From NCBI GenBank assembly GCA_963815095.1, contig CAWFFH010000009.1, positions 1-54,727 on the forward strand: a stretch of 54,727 bases of DNA, in the 5' to 3' direction. Both the position numbers and the translations under genes were made by a program. Source of the DNA: Candidatus Bathyarchaeota archaeon (GTDB taxonomy: Archaea > Thermoproteota > Bathyarchaeia > Bathyarchaeales > Bathycorpusculaceae). Below are positions 38,885 to 49,784 of the stretch, in pieces. The first letter of the stretch is position 1. Each line of letters opens with the position of its first letter. Below the pieces are notes generated by a model. It was not told where the DNA came from. It saw only the letters and a list, made by a program, of their open reading frames with translations, and made no database searches.

Positions 38885-39484
38885 CGTTAGTTTCGTTGGC
38901 GCAAAGGCGTAAAAAACACGCAATACATTATCCTGAGAAAGGATCGAACAAATGGCTCTAAAAATTAATCCCTCCTTTTGTTGCAAATGGTACACTTTTT
39001 TTCGCTTTTGTACCATAGATGTCGCTAAATTTATAATTAAGCTAATTCTATCTTGTTTGTGTAGGTCAGGGAGCAAGCTTTAGATGCAATGCATTGAGGC
39101 ACAGAAGCGTGCTAATTGAAACAGCGAAAAATTAGTACGCGTTCAAGACTTTGCCTCTATGGGCTGAACATGCATAGTGTTGTGGCATCTGAGCTGTGAA
39201 GCAGCAGGTTCCAAACGGCGCAAGAATCTGCAGCGGTTAAGACACCACTTAGGTGGGCCGTATACAACAATAAGGCTCAGACTTGACCTACTACAAATTG
39301 AGTGGAAGAAAAATTAAAACGGAAAAACCGTAAAACTCCACTTTTTTAAATGTATTTAATTCCCTGATTTTATATTTTTCTTCGAGCAGTGGGCACCATA
39401 TTTTTGTTCTTTGAGCCTTTGGAGCAAGGAAAGTGAAGGCTGAACTTCTGTTAAGCCTTTACATAAAGGGCTAAAAAAAGAGAA

Positions 39485-40456
39485 CTATAGTCCAACAACA
39501 TAAATTCGCAGAGCCAAAACTGGAACAACCACAACCAACCCAAACAAAACAGCCGTTACAGTCATCACTCGCAAAGCCTTCGTAATATGTTCCGCAGAGA
39601 TTCCATGATCATCGCCCAACATGTAGTAGCCCTGTTTTTCTAGTTGTATATTTAGTGCTCCCGCCATGGCAGAGATGGTGAAGCCTGCATTGGGACTTGC
39701 GGTTTTGTGTTTGTCACGCTGCAGAATACGCCACGATTCCCGCCAATCTTCGCGCAACACAAAAGATGCAGCCACCATCAAGTAAGCTGTTAAACGTGCT
39801 GGAATATAGTTTGCTATAGTATCCAATTTGGCTGAGAACCAGCCGATATTTCGGTTTTCAACGTTCTTGTAGCCAACCATGGAATCCAAAGTGTTTACAA
39901 CACGATAAGCAAACGCTCCTGGAACTCCAAATAATGCAAAAAAGAAGAACGGGGCGGTTATCCCATCAGTAGTGCTTTCCGCAATGGATTCGACCGCTCC
40001 AGAAATAATCTGACGCTCATTGAGGCTGTTTGGGTCACGCCTAACAATGTAAGGCAACCATTTTCGTGCCCCAGCTAAATCGTTCTGTTTTAGGGCTTTT
40101 GCAATGGGTTTGGTATATTGTCCCATGCCTCTGATAGCGAAGGTGGCTTTGAACAAGATGGCACCCACGATGATGTAGAGTATTTCGCCATATGGTAACG
40201 TTCTGAGCCAGAAAAGGAGCAGAAAAACTGGAAGCGCAACAACCAACATAATGGTTATCGCCATTAAGATACCATTTACTTTCTCAACTTTTGGATTAGG
40301 GTTTTTTGATTTGCGTTTGAGGTACGAAATCATTTTGCCTATACCTATTGTTGGATGAATCCTGTCCGGATACTCCCCCAAAACCATGTCAATCAAGAAA
40401 GCTAACGCAAAAATCAGAACAGAATCAACGAGCAATGAGAGGTCAAGCGAAAACAT
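39485..40456 (-). CDS. cbiB: Adenosylcobinamide-phosphate synthase
   Basis: GEYP...HP, ESIAESTTDG, YRVVNTLDSMVGY, SPNAG. Confidence 0.93.
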   Translation of the reverse strand: MFSLDLSLLVDSVLIFALAFLIDMVLGEYPDRIHPTIGIGKMISYLKRKSKNPNPKVEKVNGILMAITIMLVVALPVFLLLFWLRTLPYGEILYIIVGAILFKATFAIRGMGQYTKPIAKALKQNDLAGARKWLPYIVRRDPNSLNERQIISGAVESIAESTTDGITAPFFFFALFGVPGAFAYRVVNTLDSMVGYKNVENRNIGWFSAKLDTIANYIPARLTAYLMVAASFVLREDWRESWRILQRDKHKTASPNAGFTISAMAGALNIQLEKQGYYMLGDDHGISAEHITKALRVMTVTAVLFGLVVVVPVLALRIYVVGL

Positions 40457-40466
40457 AGGTCACTAC

Positions 40467-41633
40467 TCAAACTGCCTTTACTATCCGCTTGAATGCGTCA
40501 ATCAAACGCACATTCTCCGCATGAGTTTTGACAGCAACGCGAATGTAGTATTCGTCTATTCCCTTGAATGAGGTGCAATCGCGAATCAGAATTCCCTGCT
40601 TAAGCATTTTGTTTTTTATTTCTGCAGCTGTTAAGGCTGACTTTTGTATGTTGATGAAGAAAAAGTTGGCATCTGGTGAAGAAAACTTAAACGAGCCAAA
40701 TTTTCCTAACTCGGCCTGGAGCCATGCTTTTTCTGTTTTGATGAGTTCACGCGTCAAACTAAGATGCGCTTCATCTTTCAAGGCAGCCACTGCAGCAGCC
40801 TGCGCTAAACAGTTAACGTTCCAAGGAATCTTGGCACAAGATAGCACGTTGATGATTTCTTCGTTGGCTATGCCATAGCCGACCCGTAAACCTGTCAAGC
40901 CAAAAATCTTGGTAAAAGACTTCAAAATGAACAGGTTAGGGTACTTGTTGATTTTGCCAATCATGGTGAGGGCTTTTTCGTCTTCTACAAACTCTAAGAA
41001 GTCCTCGTCGAGGAAGACAAAGGTATTATGTTCCAAAGCTATCTCGATTATGTCTGTTAATGTTTCTTGAGGTATGAGCATGCTGGTTGGGTTGTTTGGG
41101 TTACATAGGAAAACAAGTTTTGCCCCAACCATTTCACGTTTAAACGCTTCCAAGTCAATCGCAAAGTTTCTTCCTAATTTTGAGAATTTGGGTGTTTCCC
41201 CTGTTTTACTAACTGCACTTTCATATTCGCCAAAAGTTGGCGCTGGCATGAGCGCTTTTTCGCCTTTTTTTAGAAAAACTTCCGCAAACAGATACATGAG
41301 TTCGGTGGAGCCGTTGCCGACAACAACATTATCCTTGGTGATTCCAAAATTACTTGCAATTACCTGCCTAAGTTCATTTGAGTTTGAATCAGGATAGGCA
41401 GCGATTTGGCTGAAGGCTTTTTTTGCGGCGTCAAGCGCTTTTTTTGACGGACCCAGTGGATTTACGCTTGAGCTAAAATCTAAAATGTCCTGGGGCAAAA
41501 GCCCACTTTCCTCTGCGGCGCCTAAAACCTCTGCGCCGTGAACGCATGGCTTAAGATTTTTAACGTTATCTCTAATTAGGCTCTCAATGGGCTTCATTAT
41601 GTTTTTTCCTTCAGCTAAGCCGCTAAATTCCAT
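40467..41633 (-). CDS. cobD: Threonine-phosphate decarboxylase (class I/II PLP enzyme)
   Basis: DFSSSVNPLG, GNGSTE, CNPNNPT, SFTKIFGLTGLRVGY; adjacent to cbiB. Confidence 0.85.
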   Translation of the reverse strand: MEFSGLAEGKNIMKPIESLIRDNVKNLKPCVHGAEVLGAAEESGLLPQDILDFSSSVNPLGPSKKALDAAKKAFSQIAAYPDSNSNELRQVIASNFGITKDNVVVGNGSTELMYLFAEVFLKKGEKALMPAPTFGEYESAVSKTGETPKFSKLGRNFAIDLEAFKREMVGAKLVFLCNPNNPTSMLIPQETLTDIIEIALEHNTFVFLDEDFLEFVEDEKALTMIGKINKYPNLFILKSFTKIFGLTGLRVGYGIANEEIINVLSCAKIPWNVNCLAQAAAVAALKDEAHLSLTRELIKTEKAWLQAELGKFGSFKFSSPDANFFFINIQKSALTAAEIKNKMLKQGILIRDCTSFKGIDEYYIRVAVKTHAENVRLIDAFKRIVKAV

Positions 41634-41759
41634 GGTTTCTTTTTAACGTAAATCATATAAATGTTTGGTTGGATGTTCCATCCAAACCAACTTATCAGTA
41701 AAAGGGTTTTTGAATAAGCAAAACAATGCTATAAGATAACTTACGCAAGGACGATTCTT

Positions 41760-41942
41760 ATGAGCGACAAATTAGACAAACACAAAATCGAAGAACTAAG
41801 ACAAATGATAAAAGACAAAGACCCAAAGCAACCAGTAGAGGAGCTCCTCACAATATTTTGCGAGCGCCACGGACTTACCTCCGGAACATGCAGATATTAC
41901 TACAATATTTTGGTTGAAAATGGCGATATCAAAGAAAAATAG
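41760..41942 (+). CDS. Small hypothetical protein
   Basis: 60-aa ORF with ATG start filling the intergenic gap. Confidence 0.55.
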   Translation: MSDKLDKHKIEELRQMIKDKDPKQPVEELLTIFCERHGLTSGTCRYYYNILVENGDIKEK

Positions 41943-41983
41943 CTTTAAGTTTTAAGCCCTCAATTACTCTGCAAGGGCTCACA

Positions 41984-42781
41984 TTGAATGAACTTGTCTT
42001 CGTAGGTTTAGGATTAAATGACGAGAAAGGCATCACCGTCAAGGGTTTAGAAGAAACCAAAACGGCAGACGCTGTTTTTATGGAAAACTACACAAGCCTC
42101 ATGCCAGACTTCAGCATGCAACGGTTTGAGACGTTATGTGGAAAAAAAATCCAAATAGTTTCCAGACGTGACCTTGAAGAAGAAAACGGAACCCAAATTC
42201 TCCAATCCGCCAAAGTGGGGAAAGCTGTGTTTCTCGTTCCCGGCGATCCCTTCATTGCAACAACCCATGTTACTTTGCGGATTGATGCTGAAAAACAGGG
42301 TATTAAAACCCGCATAATCCACGGCATATCTATTATGTCAGCAATCGTGAGCCTATCAGGTTTACATAATTACAAGTTTGGAAAAACCGTCACCGTGCCT
42401 TTTCCCGAGAATTTTTCGGAAACACCCTACAACGTTATCGCCCAAAATAAGAAGTTGGGGTTGCATGCGCTTTGCCTTTTAGATTTGAAGGCTAAAGAAA
42501 ATCTCTTTTTAAGCATTAACCAAGCCATCAAGATGCTGAGGGAAGTTGAAGAAAAAAAGAAACAAAATGTAATTACGACAGACACAATTGCGGTCGGAAT
42601 TGCAAGAGCAGGAGGTAACAGCCCAACCCTTAAAGCCGACTTCGTAAAAGACTTGGCAAGTTTTGATTTCGGTGAGCCACCCTACAGCCTGATTTTTCCA
42701 GGGGATTTGCATTTTATGGAGGTTGATTCTTTGATTGCTTTTGCGGGTGCGCCATCGGAGTTTCGGAGGCTTGCAAAATAA
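41984..42781 (+). CDS. dph5: Diphthine synthase
   Basis: FVGLGL, ENYTS, GDPFIATTH, YKFGKTVT, GLHALCLLD. Confidence 0.95.
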   Translation: MNELVFVGLGLNDEKGITVKGLEETKTADAVFMENYTSLMPDFSMQRFETLCGKKIQIVSRRDLEEENGTQILQSAKVGKAVFLVPGDPFIATTHVTLRIDAEKQGIKTRIIHGISIMSAIVSLSGLHNYKFGKTVTVPFPENFSETPYNVIAQNKKLGLHALCLLDLKAKENLFLSINQAIKMLREVEEKKKQNVITTDTIAVGIARAGGNSPTLKADFVKDLASFDFGEPPYSLIFPGDLHFMEVDSLIAFAGAPSEFRRLAK

Positions 42782-42813
42782 GCTTAGAAACACTCACTGC
42801 CAAATACATTTCC

Positions 42814-43062
42814 ATGGCCGAAAAAGTATTCAGTGAACTCAAAAAAACTCAAACATCCATCAATTTGACTGAGGAGATGGTGGCTTCTGTTTTGAGTTAC
42901 GCGAATGATTACTTAGAGGATGCAAAGTATTATAAGGCTCAGGGCAACCTTGAAACCAGCTTAACCTCGGTAGCTTACTGTGAAGGGCTGCTTGACGCTT
43001 TAAGATTATTGGGTGCTGTGAACTTCGAATGGTCAACAAACCCGGAAAAAAAATTGTTTTAG
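42814..43062 (+). CDS. DUF357 family protein
   Basis: YLEDAKYY...YCEGLLDALRLLG; next to dph5. Confidence 0.85.
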   Translation: MAEKVFSELKKTQTSINLTEEMVASVLSYANDYLEDAKYYKAQGNLETSLTSVAYCEGLLDALRLLGAVNFEWSTNPEKKLF

Positions 43063-43487
43063 CTTCAGGCGTTTTTGACCTGCTGCATTTGGGTCATGTG
43101 CGGTTTCTGGAGGATGCAAAGAAAGCAGGCGGCAAGAATGCTAAACTTGTGGTTGTTATCGCCAGAGACAGCACTGTAGAGAAAACTAAAGGTAGAAATC
43201 CCATAATGTCTGAAGACCAGCGCTGCGCTTTGGTGGAGTCATTGAGAGTTGTTGATGAAGCAGTCTTAGGCTACGAAAACTTCGCCATCGGTGAGATAAT
43301 TGAAAAAATTAAGCCAGACATAATCGCCTTGGGATATGACCAATCAGATATGGAAAACGAAGTCAAAGCATACATTGCTTTGCATAAATTACCCGTTGAA
43401 GTTGTCAAGATTAGCAAGTTTGGGGAGAATGCTTTAGATAGTTCGTCCAAGATTAAGCAGAAAATAATCGATAAACTCTCTAAGTAA
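43029..43487 (+). CDS. ribL: Archaeal FAD synthetase
   Basis: GVFDLLHLGH, VIARD, PDIIALGYDQ, SSSKI. Confidence 0.88.
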   Translation: MVNKPGKKIVLASGVFDLLHLGHVRFLEDAKKAGGKNAKLVVVIARDSTVEKTKGRNPIMSEDQRCALVESLRVVDEAVLGYENFAIGEIIEKIKPDIIALGYDQSDMENEVKAYIALHKLPVEVVKISKFGENALDSSSKIKQKIIDKLSK

Positions 43488-43500
43488 CGGTTGTACGCTT

Positions 43501-44109
43501 ATGGGTTGCGAGAAGTATAAGCCAACGTTCATTCTTATCGGGGTAATGGTTGCTATCTACATTTACGGTGCAATCGTCGGCGGAGATGCTTTCATCACAG
43601 GCGACAACGTCATCTTTCAATGGGGGCAAGTAAATTATTCTGTTTTTGAAGGAGCATATTATCAACTTTTCACTTCAATGTTTATCCATGCCTCAATAGT
43701 TCACCTCGTCGGTAACATGCTCTTCCTTTTCATATTCGGTTTGCGTGGAGAAGAAATGTTTTCGTTACCTGAATACCTCGGAATCTTCCTCGCAGGTGGG
43801 TTTGTCGGCAACGTTCTCACTTTAGCTTTTGGGCCCAATTTTATTTCTGTGGGTGCCTCAGGAGCAATTTTTGCCCTGTTCGGTGCATGCGTAATTTACA
43901 GTAGGCGTTCAGTGCGGCAATCAATTGTGGGAGCGTTAGTTTACGCATTCTTCCTGTTTTTCATCAATACAGGTGCAGGCGTCAACATTTTGGCTCATTT
44001 AGGCGGGTTAGGTTTCGGTTTAATTGTGGGCTACTTAATTGCTACAAGACGCAAACCAGACCATGTGGAAAAAGCGAGAAATCCATATTCAGTCGCGATG
44101 CCGTTTTAG
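43501..44109 (+). CDS. Rhomboid intramembrane serine protease
   Basis: HLVGNM, GASGA, AHLGG. Confidence 0.93.
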   Translation: MGCEKYKPTFILIGVMVAIYIYGAIVGGDAFITGDNVIFQWGQVNYSVFEGAYYQLFTSMFIHASIVHLVGNMLFLFIFGLRGEEMFSLPEYLGIFLAGGFVGNVLTLAFGPNFISVGASGAIFALFGACVIYSRRSVRQSIVGALVYAFFLFFINTGAGVNILAHLGGLGFGLIVGYLIATRRKPDHVEKARNPYSVAMPF

Positions 44110-44801
44110 TTGCTCTGAGTGTAGACTTCAACTTTAACTTTGTTACCGTCTTTTAAGCTCAACGCTTTTCTTAGACAAACGGGCGCAATTATTTCTAAAA
44201 CTGAAGCATCATAGTGACTGCGGAGAGCCGTTACTAACGCACCCTTAACTGTCCCTCCAATGATTACTGGATAGCATTTTACTAGGCCAAAGGTCCGGTC
44301 TTCATTCTTGAAACCTTTAACTTCAATTGCTGGGTACGCATCAAGTTCCATGCGGGTTTTGACGTCATAGTCAGTATTCAATTTGAGATTGAGTGTACCT
44401 GGATAAGGTTCAAAACCCATTTTCTCTACAATTTCTTTCCGATACTCCTCTTTTGTGATATAGTAAGCTCCTTCGCCTAAACCCGTAAAAACAGTGCCTT
44501 CTAGCGTGACCGAAGGTGGATAAGATTTCTCCATCAAAACCTTAAGACCCGAATACAATTTCTGAAGCTCTTTGGTGCCTTGCTCTTCAATTTTGATTAG
44601 GCTGCCGTCTGGAGTAATGTTGCGTTGTATCCAGCTTTTGCGTTCAAGCTCGATTAGGTATCTTGAGGCTGTTTGCTGGGAAATTCCAAGTTTATTTGCC
44701 AAGTACTCTGTGGATATTTTGGCGATTCTCCTGTATGCACCCATCTCCGCGAGTTTTAGGAGCATATAGAGATGTTGCCACTCTTGTTTCTCAGTCAACA
44801 C
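44106..44801 (-). CDS. ribK: CTP-dependent riboflavin kinase with N-terminal wHTH
   Basis: SQQTASR HTH; GLGEGAYY, PYPGTLN, LEIIAP. Confidence 0.92.
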   Translation of the reverse strand: MLTEKQEWQHLYMLLKLAEMGAYRRIAKISTEYLANKLGISQQTASRYLIELERKSWIQRNITPDGSLIKIEEQGTKELQKLYSGLKVLMEKSYPPSVTLEGTVFTGLGEGAYYITKEEYRKEIVEKMGFEPYPGTLNLKLNTDYDVKTRMELDAYPAIEVKGFKNEDRTFGLVKCYPVIIGGTVKGALVTALRSHYDASVLEIIAPVCLRKALSLKDGNKVKVEVYTQSN

Positions 44802-44917
44802 AAGGACCTCAAGTAGTTTAGAAAATAAGAGGTTGCATATTTAAGCGGCTCGAAAGACCAAACCGCTAAATCTGAGCCAAGCTTAATGTTTTATTGCTGA
44901 CTGGATAAATCGAGGCG

Positions 44918-45652
44918 TTGATTAAAGTGAACGTTTTTGATGAAATGGGTATTTACTGGGCAGAGATAGCGGACAAAAACCAAACGGAACAGCAGATTAA
45001 ATTCCTAAAAACCCAGCTTAAGTCAGATGGTTACGTTTTGGACCTTGCTTGCGGAACGGGCAGACACTCAATTCCCCTAAACGAAGCTGGATATGGCTTG
45101 GTGGGTTTTGATGTTTCAACTAAACTGCTCCGAATAGCCAAGCTTCGGCATAAAAAGGTCGAGGTAGTCAGGGGTGATATGCGGTTTTTGCCTTTCAAAC
45201 CCCAAGCGTTCAAAGCCGCCATTAGCATGGATACAAGTTTTGGGTACTTGCCGTCTGAGGCAGACGATATTTCAAGTTTATCTGAAGTGCAAAGGGTACT
45301 GGTTCAATCGGGCATTTTTATTCTTGACGTCTTTAACCGAGAAGAATTAACCCTAAAATACCAAGGAAAAAACAATTTTTCCAAGTGGAAAGAATACCCT
45401 AGCTTTTTCTTAAAACAAAAAAGAACAATAAGCAACAATGGTGATTGGCTCTGTGATTCATGGACTATTAGGGATAAGAGAGATCAGCAAGTTAGTTTTT
45501 TTGAACACTTAGTGCGTTTGTATAAGCTGGATGGACTGAAGAGTTTGCTGAATAAATCAGGTTTTGTAGTTAAGGAAGTTTATGGCGGTTATGAAGGGGA
45601 AAACTTTAGTTCTAATTCTTTGCGTCTCATCTTATTGGCTAGGGCAAAATGA
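44918..45652 (+). CDS. Class I SAM-dependent methyltransferase
   Basis: VLDLACGTGRH, GDMR, TSFGY. Confidence 0.9.
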   Translation: MIKVNVFDEMGIYWAEIADKNQTEQQIKFLKTQLKSDGYVLDLACGTGRHSIPLNEAGYGLVGFDVSTKLLRIAKLRHKKVEVVRGDMRFLPFKPQAFKAAISMDTSFGYLPSEADDISSLSEVQRVLVQSGIFILDVFNREELTLKYQGKNNFSKWKEYPSFFLKQKRTISNNGDWLCDSWTIRDKRDQQVSFFEHLVRLYKLDGLKSLLNKSGFVVKEVYGGYEGENFSSNSLRLILLARAK

Positions 45653-45748
45653 ACACCATGTTATTGTATTTCAAGAATGGATTTTTTGTATTTTCGCACA
45701 AAAGTTATAAGCGCCCATAGGAAACTGTGAAGAATACAGTGACATAGT

Positions 45749-46735
45749 ATGAACACTTGGAAACTTCGTTTTTCAATGATTGCAACATTAGCTGCCATCT
45801 TTGGTTTAACCACATTAGTTTTCTCAGCTGTATTACTTTATGTCGGATACTTTGACTTAATAAGCGTCGGAATACTCGTCGTAATCCTCAACGTTGCCCA
45901 GTGGCTCCTGTCGCCTTACCTTGTAGGTTGGATCTATAAAGTTAAAGAAATGTCTCCGACCGAAAACCCAAAGGTTCACCAGATGGTCAGCGACTTAAGC
46001 AAGAAAAGCGGAATATCCACCCCAAAACTCATGCTTTCACAAATCCCATTACCCAACGCATTCGCTTATGGTTCACCTCTAACTGGCAGTCGAGTCGCCG
46101 TAACTCAGGGTCTTTTAACCCATCTAGACGAAGGAGAGGTTGAAGCCGTCTTGGGACATGAACTGGGGCACTTAAAACACCGAGACGTACAGGTTATGAT
46201 GGTTGTTTCATTCTTGCCTGCATTATTCTACTATATTGGGTACTCAATGATGCTATCAGGTGTCTTCGGCGGAGGAGACCGAAAAAACAGCGGCGGAAAC
46301 AACGCAATATTTGGCATTGCATTCATGGCCTTCTCCTGGGTCCTAACCCTCTTCACTCTTTATCTAAGCCGCTTAAGGGAATACTACGCGGACAGACACA
46401 GCGCCGCAATCGTTGAAAACGGTGCAACAAAACTCTCTACTGGACTAGTAACAATCGTGCAAGAAAGTAAGAATCCAACTAAACAACAAAAAGACCACCA
46501 GAAAAGCACGAGTTCCTACAAAGCCCTCTTCATTGCAGACCCGGAACGTGCAACAGCAGACGCGGCAGACCTAAACGCAAACCGAATAACAAACAAAGAA
46601 GACCTGCTAAGGGAAACTCTAGCAAAGCAACCTTCATCGGTTGACAAGTTCGCTGAAGTCTTCTCCACCCATCCAAACATAATCAAACGATTACGGGCGC
46701 TAAAGGAACTCAACGAAAACCCAAGCAACTACTAA
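45749..46735 (+). CDS. htpX: Zn metalloprotease HtpX
   Basis: PNAFA, HELGH, SRLREYYAD, STHP. Confidence 0.93.
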   Translation: MNTWKLRFSMIATLAAIFGLTTLVFSAVLLYVGYFDLISVGILVVILNVAQWLLSPYLVGWIYKVKEMSPTENPKVHQMVSDLSKKSGISTPKLMLSQIPLPNAFAYGSPLTGSRVAVTQGLLTHLDEGEVEAVLGHELGHLKHRDVQVMMVVSFLPALFYYIGYSMMLSGVFGGGDRKNSGGNNAIFGIAFMAFSWVLTLFTLYLSRLREYYADRHSAAIVENGATKLSTGLVTIVQESKNPTKQQKDHQKSTSSYKALFIADPERATADAADLNANRITNKEDLLRETLAKQPSSVDKFAEVFSTHPNIIKRLRALKELNENPSNY

Positions 46736-47364
46736 AACAGAATACCCTCGCGTCTATTATTCAAAAATGGGTTCATCCTTTTTTCTTCGCGAATCATTGA
46801 CGTTTCACCGTGCCCAGGATAAACCAGCAAGCTATCGGGCAAACGCACAAGTTTCTTCAGAGAAGCCCGCATATCGCTCATTGAGCCGCCTGGAAAGTCG
46901 GTTCTTCCTATGCTACCCGCAAACAATGTGTCGCCCGTGAAAACAAATTTTTCTCCTACAAGACATATACTCCCTGGTGTGTGCCCTGGTGTATGCACAA
47001 CATTGAGGGTTTCATTACCAAATTGGACTAAGCTACCGTCCTCCAAGAGAACGTTCGCTGGGAACTTGCTGGTTCCTACAGGTTCAATGTAGTGTTCGTC
47101 AAGTGAGTGGATACATAAAGGAACGTTGAGTTTTTGTTGGAAAATTGTGTTTCCTTTGATGTGGTCGTCGTGCCCATGTGTGTTAATAATAAATTTTACT
47201 TTTAATTTGCCTTTGGTTATTTGGTCGAATATTGGTTTGGCCTCATTTGCAAAGTCCAGTCCGGGGTCAATTAGGATTGCTTCTTTTGTTTCTTTGGAAA
47301 TAGCCATGTAACAGTTGGTTGATAACATACCAACCGTGAAGGTTTCAATAAGCATACGAATCAA
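46732..47364 (-). CDS. MBL-fold metallo-hydrolase (glyoxalase II-like)
   Basis: THGHDDH, HTPGHTPG, GDTLF, PGHG. Confidence 0.92.
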   Translation of the reverse strand: MIRMLIETFTVGMLSTNCYMAISKETKEAILIDPGLDFANEAKPIFDQITKGKLKVKFIINTHGHDDHIKGNTIFQQKLNVPLCIHSLDEHYIEPVGTSKFPANVLLEDGSLVQFGNETLNVVHTPGHTPGSICLVGEKFVFTGDTLFAGSIGRTDFPGGSMSDMRASLKKLVRLPDSLLVYPGHGETSMIREEKRMNPFLNNRREGILF

Positions 47365-47477
47365 GATGCAAATAAGCTAATGATAAAATAAAGGATTTGC
47401 CTTGGACATATCAAATTGGACAGTATAACCTTTAGTGTTTGTCATAAATGAAAAATTTCTTTTAACAGCAAAAGAAA

Positions 47478-47729
47478 TTAAACATCCAAGATTTGCTGGA
47501 AACCTGTAAGCTTTATAGTACTTCCGCATTTACCGCAGCTTATGACTAACTCAGCAAGCTCGTCGTTGACAACTTTAGTGTCTAAGATTTGGTAGTTGTC
47601 TTCCGATTCATCATCAGGGGATATCGACAAACCGCATTTTGGGCATTTGAACGAGCCGTCACTTTCAGCACTAGCCAAGTCTATTTTAAATGCCGAAACT
47701 TTTTTGTTTTCCAGCTTTTTCATCATCAT
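47478..47729 (-). CDS. Zn-ribbon protein
   Basis: CPKCG...CGKCG. Confidence 0.75.
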   Translation of the reverse strand: MMMKKLENKKVSAFKIDLASAESDGSFKCPKCGLSISPDDESEDNYQILDTKVVNDELAELVISCGKCGSTIKLTGFQQILDV

Positions 47730-47872
47730 GTATTTTCACTCTTCTTTTCTTTAAATTTTCATTGAACGTTTTTATTAATTAACGATTATGAATTTCTATT
47801 CCATATGTGGAATCCATTTAAAAGGTTGACGCAAAAAAAGGGAAAAATTACTGATATATTCACCATTTTTTC

Positions 47873-49780
47873 TCAGGCATCTGCTTCTTTTTCAAAATTT
47901 TCGGGTGAAATATAGTCGCCGTACTTCTCTTTCGCTTGGAGCAAACGTTCGCGCTGCATGTAGAGTATTCCGAACATTTCTAGAGGTGTATCTGTGACGT
48001 TTTCTTGGTAGAAACGTGAGACCCGCTCGATTTTTGCCAAGTTTTCTGGAACACGTATGGTGAATTGTTTAATGTAGTCTTCTTTGACGTAGTTTTTGCT
48101 GAGCACTTGTTTGAAGAGCTTGCGTAGATCTTCATATTTTGGTATGTATCCCGTTGGTGTTTTTAGAGCGCCGACTTCGTTGTGGACGCGAAGTTCCATC
48201 CATTTTATCCAGACATGTTTGTCTTGTGGGCTGTTTAGGTATTTGTCGTTGCCGACTTCTTTTAAGAAGTAGTTGACCCCGAATACTATGGGTTGTTTTT
48301 TGAGTTTGCGTCCGAAATCCAAGTTGTTGTGAACGTTTTTGCCCATTGGAATCGAGATGAAGTCTTGGATGCTCATCATGTTGATTTCTGGGACGCCTTC
48401 TTTGCCGATGGTTGCGAATGTGGTTTCTGTTTCTAGTGAAGCGCCGTATGCGACTATGCCGTGGTCCCAGCTGAAGCTTTGCTGCACAGGTACGTAAGCT
48501 TTAGTGTCACGTCCACCATACATTATGCCGCCCAATTCGACACCGTTAGGATTGTCTAGTTCTGGGTCAACGTTTTCCATTGCTTTGAGGGCTACTGCGT
48601 ATCGTGCGTTTTTGTTGGCGGCTGGAACATCGTTACCAGCTTCGTCTTTTTTGCCTTCATACCATGTTCCAGTGTAGTTACAGCCTTCTTTGGGGAGTTC
48701 TTGTCCCATCCCAAGCCAGTATGGTTTGCCATCCTTCACTAGAATGTTGGAGAACACTATTTCTCCCGGAGCCGTTAGTACTTTCCAAATCAAGGCATCA
48801 TCTTTTGGTTTGACATCCTGTATTATACCGAAGATGCCGGATTCAACGTTCACAGCACGAGCCGCAGAGTCTATGTCTCGAATGTAGGCGATGTCGTCGC
48901 CAAGTATGGATTCGCCTGGAAGCATCGCTGTTGACGTTTTGCCGCATGCGCTGGGGAAAGCGCCTGCAAAGTAGGTTTTACGTCCGCCTGGACCGAAAAC
49001 GCCCATAAGCAACATGTGTTCAGCTAACCAGCCTTCGCTGCTAGCTTTGCGGATTGCTAAACGGAAAGCAAGTTTCTTGAATCCCACGGAGTTTCCGGCA
49101 TACTGGGTGTTGACGCTATAGATTGTGTTATCCATGTGGTCGATGTAAATTCGTTTTTTGTTGTAATCTACACTGACCATGTCGCTGTTAAGTTTTCCAG
49201 CGGAATGCAACACGCGGAGGAAATCGCTTTTTGTTCCTGCCTTCACGAATTGTTCGTATCCAGATCGGTAAAGTAGTGATTCAGAATGGGCGACGTACCA
49301 GGAATCAGTGCATTGTAAACCCAAAATCGTAAAAACCGAGTCAGCGGGTCCAAGAGCAATAAATCTGACGATCATGGTTTTGTCAACCATGGAACCTCGG
49401 AGTAACCCCATAACTTCTAGGAGTCCTTCTTGGCGGTCCATCTGATTGAGGGCTTTGCTGAGTGTGACGCCCTTGGGTACTAGGTATTTGGTAGCTTGGC
49501 GGTCTCGACCTTGGTCTTGTTCGCCATCAAAATGTACAGTGTGCCCGGGTATTGTGAGTATTGCTTGTTCTTCGCCGGTAGCGATTGATTGCTTACGCAC
49601 GTAAGCTATGTCTTCGGCTGAGTCGCTGCAGATAAAGATTTTTTCAGGGTGACATAAGTCGCTTTCTTTAGCTATAAACTCGTGAACGTTTGGGTTGTCG
49701 ATAGCACTTAGTTTTTTGAAGTCTGCGACGCTTAGTTTGGGTTGTAATGCTTCAAGGTATGGATTCATTGTGTTTATCAA
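47873..49780 (-). CDS. pckG: Phosphoenolpyruvate carboxykinase (GTP)
   Basis: GWLAEHM, FPSACGKT, GDDIA, NARY, YGGRD. Confidence 0.95.
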   Translation of the reverse strand: MINTMNPYLEALQPKLSVADFKKLSAIDNPNVHEFIAKESDLCHPEKIFICSDSAEDIAYVRKQSIATGEEQAILTIPGHTVHFDGEQDQGRDRQATKYLVPKGVTLSKALNQMDRQEGLLEVMGLLRGSMVDKTMIVRFIALGPADSVFTILGLQCTDSWYVAHSESLLYRSGYEQFVKAGTKSDFLRVLHSAGKLNSDMVSVDYNKKRIYIDHMDNTIYSVNTQYAGNSVGFKKLAFRLAIRKASSEGWLAEHMLLMGVFGPGGRKTYFAGAFPSACGKTSTAMLPGESILGDDIAYIRDIDSAARAVNVESGIFGIIQDVKPKDDALIWKVLTAPGEIVFSNILVKDGKPYWLGMGQELPKEGCNYTGTWYEGKKDEAGNDVPAANKNARYAVALKAMENVDPELDNPNGVELGGIMYGGRDTKAYVPVQQSFSWDHGIVAYGASLETETTFATIGKEGVPEINMMSIQDFISIPMGKNVHNNLDFGRKLKKQPIVFGVNYFLKEVGNDKYLNSPQDKHVWIKWMELRVHNEVGALKTPTGYIPKYEDLRKLFKQVLSKNYVKEDYIKQFTIRVPENLAKIERVSRFYQENVTDTPLEMFGILYMQRERLLQAKEKYGDYISPENFEKEADA

Positions 49781-49784
49781 TCTC

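Noticed and set aside
39060-39480. Possible cobalamin riboswitch or ncRNA near cbiB
   Set aside because: Lies downstream of the cobD-cbiB genes, and no B12-box consensus is visible
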